DNA of 63,999 bases, counting the filler, from Stramenopiles sp. TOSAG23-6 (Eukaryota), in assembly GCA_900128565.1 (NCBI GenBank). It is 11 parts of 11 records of this genome, joined end to end, with 100 filler letters (N's around TTAATTAATTAA, not from the genome) between each part and the next. Parts side by side here need not be neighbours in the genome. Positions count along the whole stretch, not along the records: positions 58,968 to 63,999 come from LT636987.1; 10 more parts are not named here. The stretch is one strand, 5' to 3'. The translations under genes were made by a program, and so were the position numbers. Within the stretch, counting starts at the first letter, position 1. Every line of letters begins with the position of its first letter. Below the pieces are notes generated by a model. The model had not been told where the DNA came from. It worked only from the letters and a program-made list of their open reading frames with translations, and ran no database searches. Below, one piece after another: positions 62,584 through 63,999 of the stretch.

Positions 62584-63999
62584 CTATATTGGCGACTTCA
62601 TCTGTCGTTGCGTCTGTTCTTTCCATGTTACTGCATCTGCATATTTTGGACGCAAAGAAAGACAATGATCAAAACATTCTAAAGACTTCGTATACTTTTT
62701 CAAATAATAAAGACAAATACCTTGATTATACCAATTAACATAATGTTGACCGAAATCTTTGAGACTTGATTGAAATAATTCAATTGCCCGATGATACTTT
62801 TTGATACCCATGAAGAATCTACCTGCTTCAAAAGCTGTATCTTTTTTCTTATCAACTGGAAATATTTGAGTGCATACTTTTTCGACATCATACTCAGCAT
62901 CACTTTGAATTTTTTGAGAGGCTTTCGGTGTCTTTTCAATAATAACTAACTTAAATTTGTGAAAGACTTCTATGTCGTGATTAGAAAGTCGCAATATAGC
63001 TAAAGCTGCTTTTAAATTCATTGCTTTTGACTCTTTCTTAATACGCCGTTGGAGCGCAACAAAGTCATCTGGGCCAAACTCTACTAAGCTTTGTTTCCAT
63101 TGTAAACGAAANNNNNNNNNNNNNNNNNNNNNNNNNNNNNNNNNNNNNNNNNNNNNCCAAATATAAAAGCGCAGCATTTGAAGCCGTCCATGTGAGGTGT
63201 TATTAGTGTAGTGCCTCCGCTCAGTTCTGTGAATCTAGCCATTGCATGGAAATTAACCATAAATGAAAATGAACCATGAATTGCTATATGAGGATTGGAG
63301 TGAGTCGCCATGTCATTTTTATCAGCAAAAGCTTTATCTCCACAAATTATGATGAGTCCTCTTTTTTTCCCTACCCAAGCCTCTAATTTTTTAAGCATAC
63401 AGAGACCTCCCCAGGGAATCACAACATTTAAATCTTTCTTTGGATTCTTTGTACTCTTTGAATAATACTTTTTGTTTTGTATTTCATTTATTATTTTATT
63501 GGAATTGATTTGTTTTTTTTTAATTTCTTGAGTGAATGTTTCATAATATTCTTGAAGTATTGAATTCATTCGTTCATCACATGTATTGTGAAAAAAAAAA
63601 TGTACAAAAAAACTCGTTAGGTACGAAATTTCGTATGAAAAAAAATTGAATTGGAAATTCATATAAAACGTACTATAGTAATCTATACGTTTAGTTGTTT
63701 TAAAGTCTAGTTGTGGAGTAGGTCTGAAGTCCCATGTACATCGCACCCGTCTAATAATATCAGAGTTGTATGGATATTCTTCTTTATTATCAGAAACTAA
63801 AGTACAGAGCCCTTCATACAAGTTATATTGTGTTTTACCTATTTGTTTTGTAACGGTTGTGTCACCTTCATTTAGTTTCACTTTAAAAAAATCCTGTTTC
63901 ATTGAATTTAAAGTATAATTACATATGACTACAACTGGCGGACTTTCAATAGCAATATTTTGATCTACTAGAGCTTCTTTTTTAGCCTGTGCAACTGCA
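62584..63999 (-). CDS. Putative SAM-methyltransferase-like protein with C-terminal TPRs, 5'-truncated
   Basis: GDKAF..PHIAIHGSFSFMVNFHAM; TPR WYNQGICLYYLKKYTKSLECFDHCL. Confidence 0.6.
63581..63673 (-). other. Family intron (93 nt, GTACGT...CACAATACAT), phase 1, stop-free in frame
   Basis: TTTCATACGAAATTTCGTACCTAAC core and full termini. Confidence 0.78.

Overview
Eukaryotic DNA from an AT-rich, gene-dense flagellated protist (CCDC40, TTLL and CFAP97-like genes; standard genetic code; TTAGGG repeats). The window is 11 unrelated contigs of about 5.8 kb, in descending length order, joined by artificial N-TTAATTAATTAA-N spacers. One contig appears twice (1-5816 and 17738-23533) and one three times (23634-41209). 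The main discovery is a repeated family of 89-145 nt intron-like inserts at 21 distinct genic loci, always sense to the host gene. They have a spliceosomal-looking donor (mostly GTATGT/GTACGT), an internal TTTCGTACGAAA palindrome and a TTTTGTACCTAAC branch-point-like core, but no AG acceptor: they end in ...AATAC-AT (sometimes -TT). Removing them at GT...AT/TT restores conserved motifs in RtcB, zeta-crystallin, UDP-sugar pyrophosphorylase, an SDR and a GT61 glycosyltransferase. Short terminal inverted repeats and a frequent AT duplication suggest an Introner-like origin. The only clear ordinary introns, in prohibitin, host box C/D snoRNAs with guides for U6 A53, LSU rRNA and SSU rRNA. Short telomeric and A-rich 9-mer arrays are scattered through exons near these introns. 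Homologue comparisons are from memory; no searches were run.
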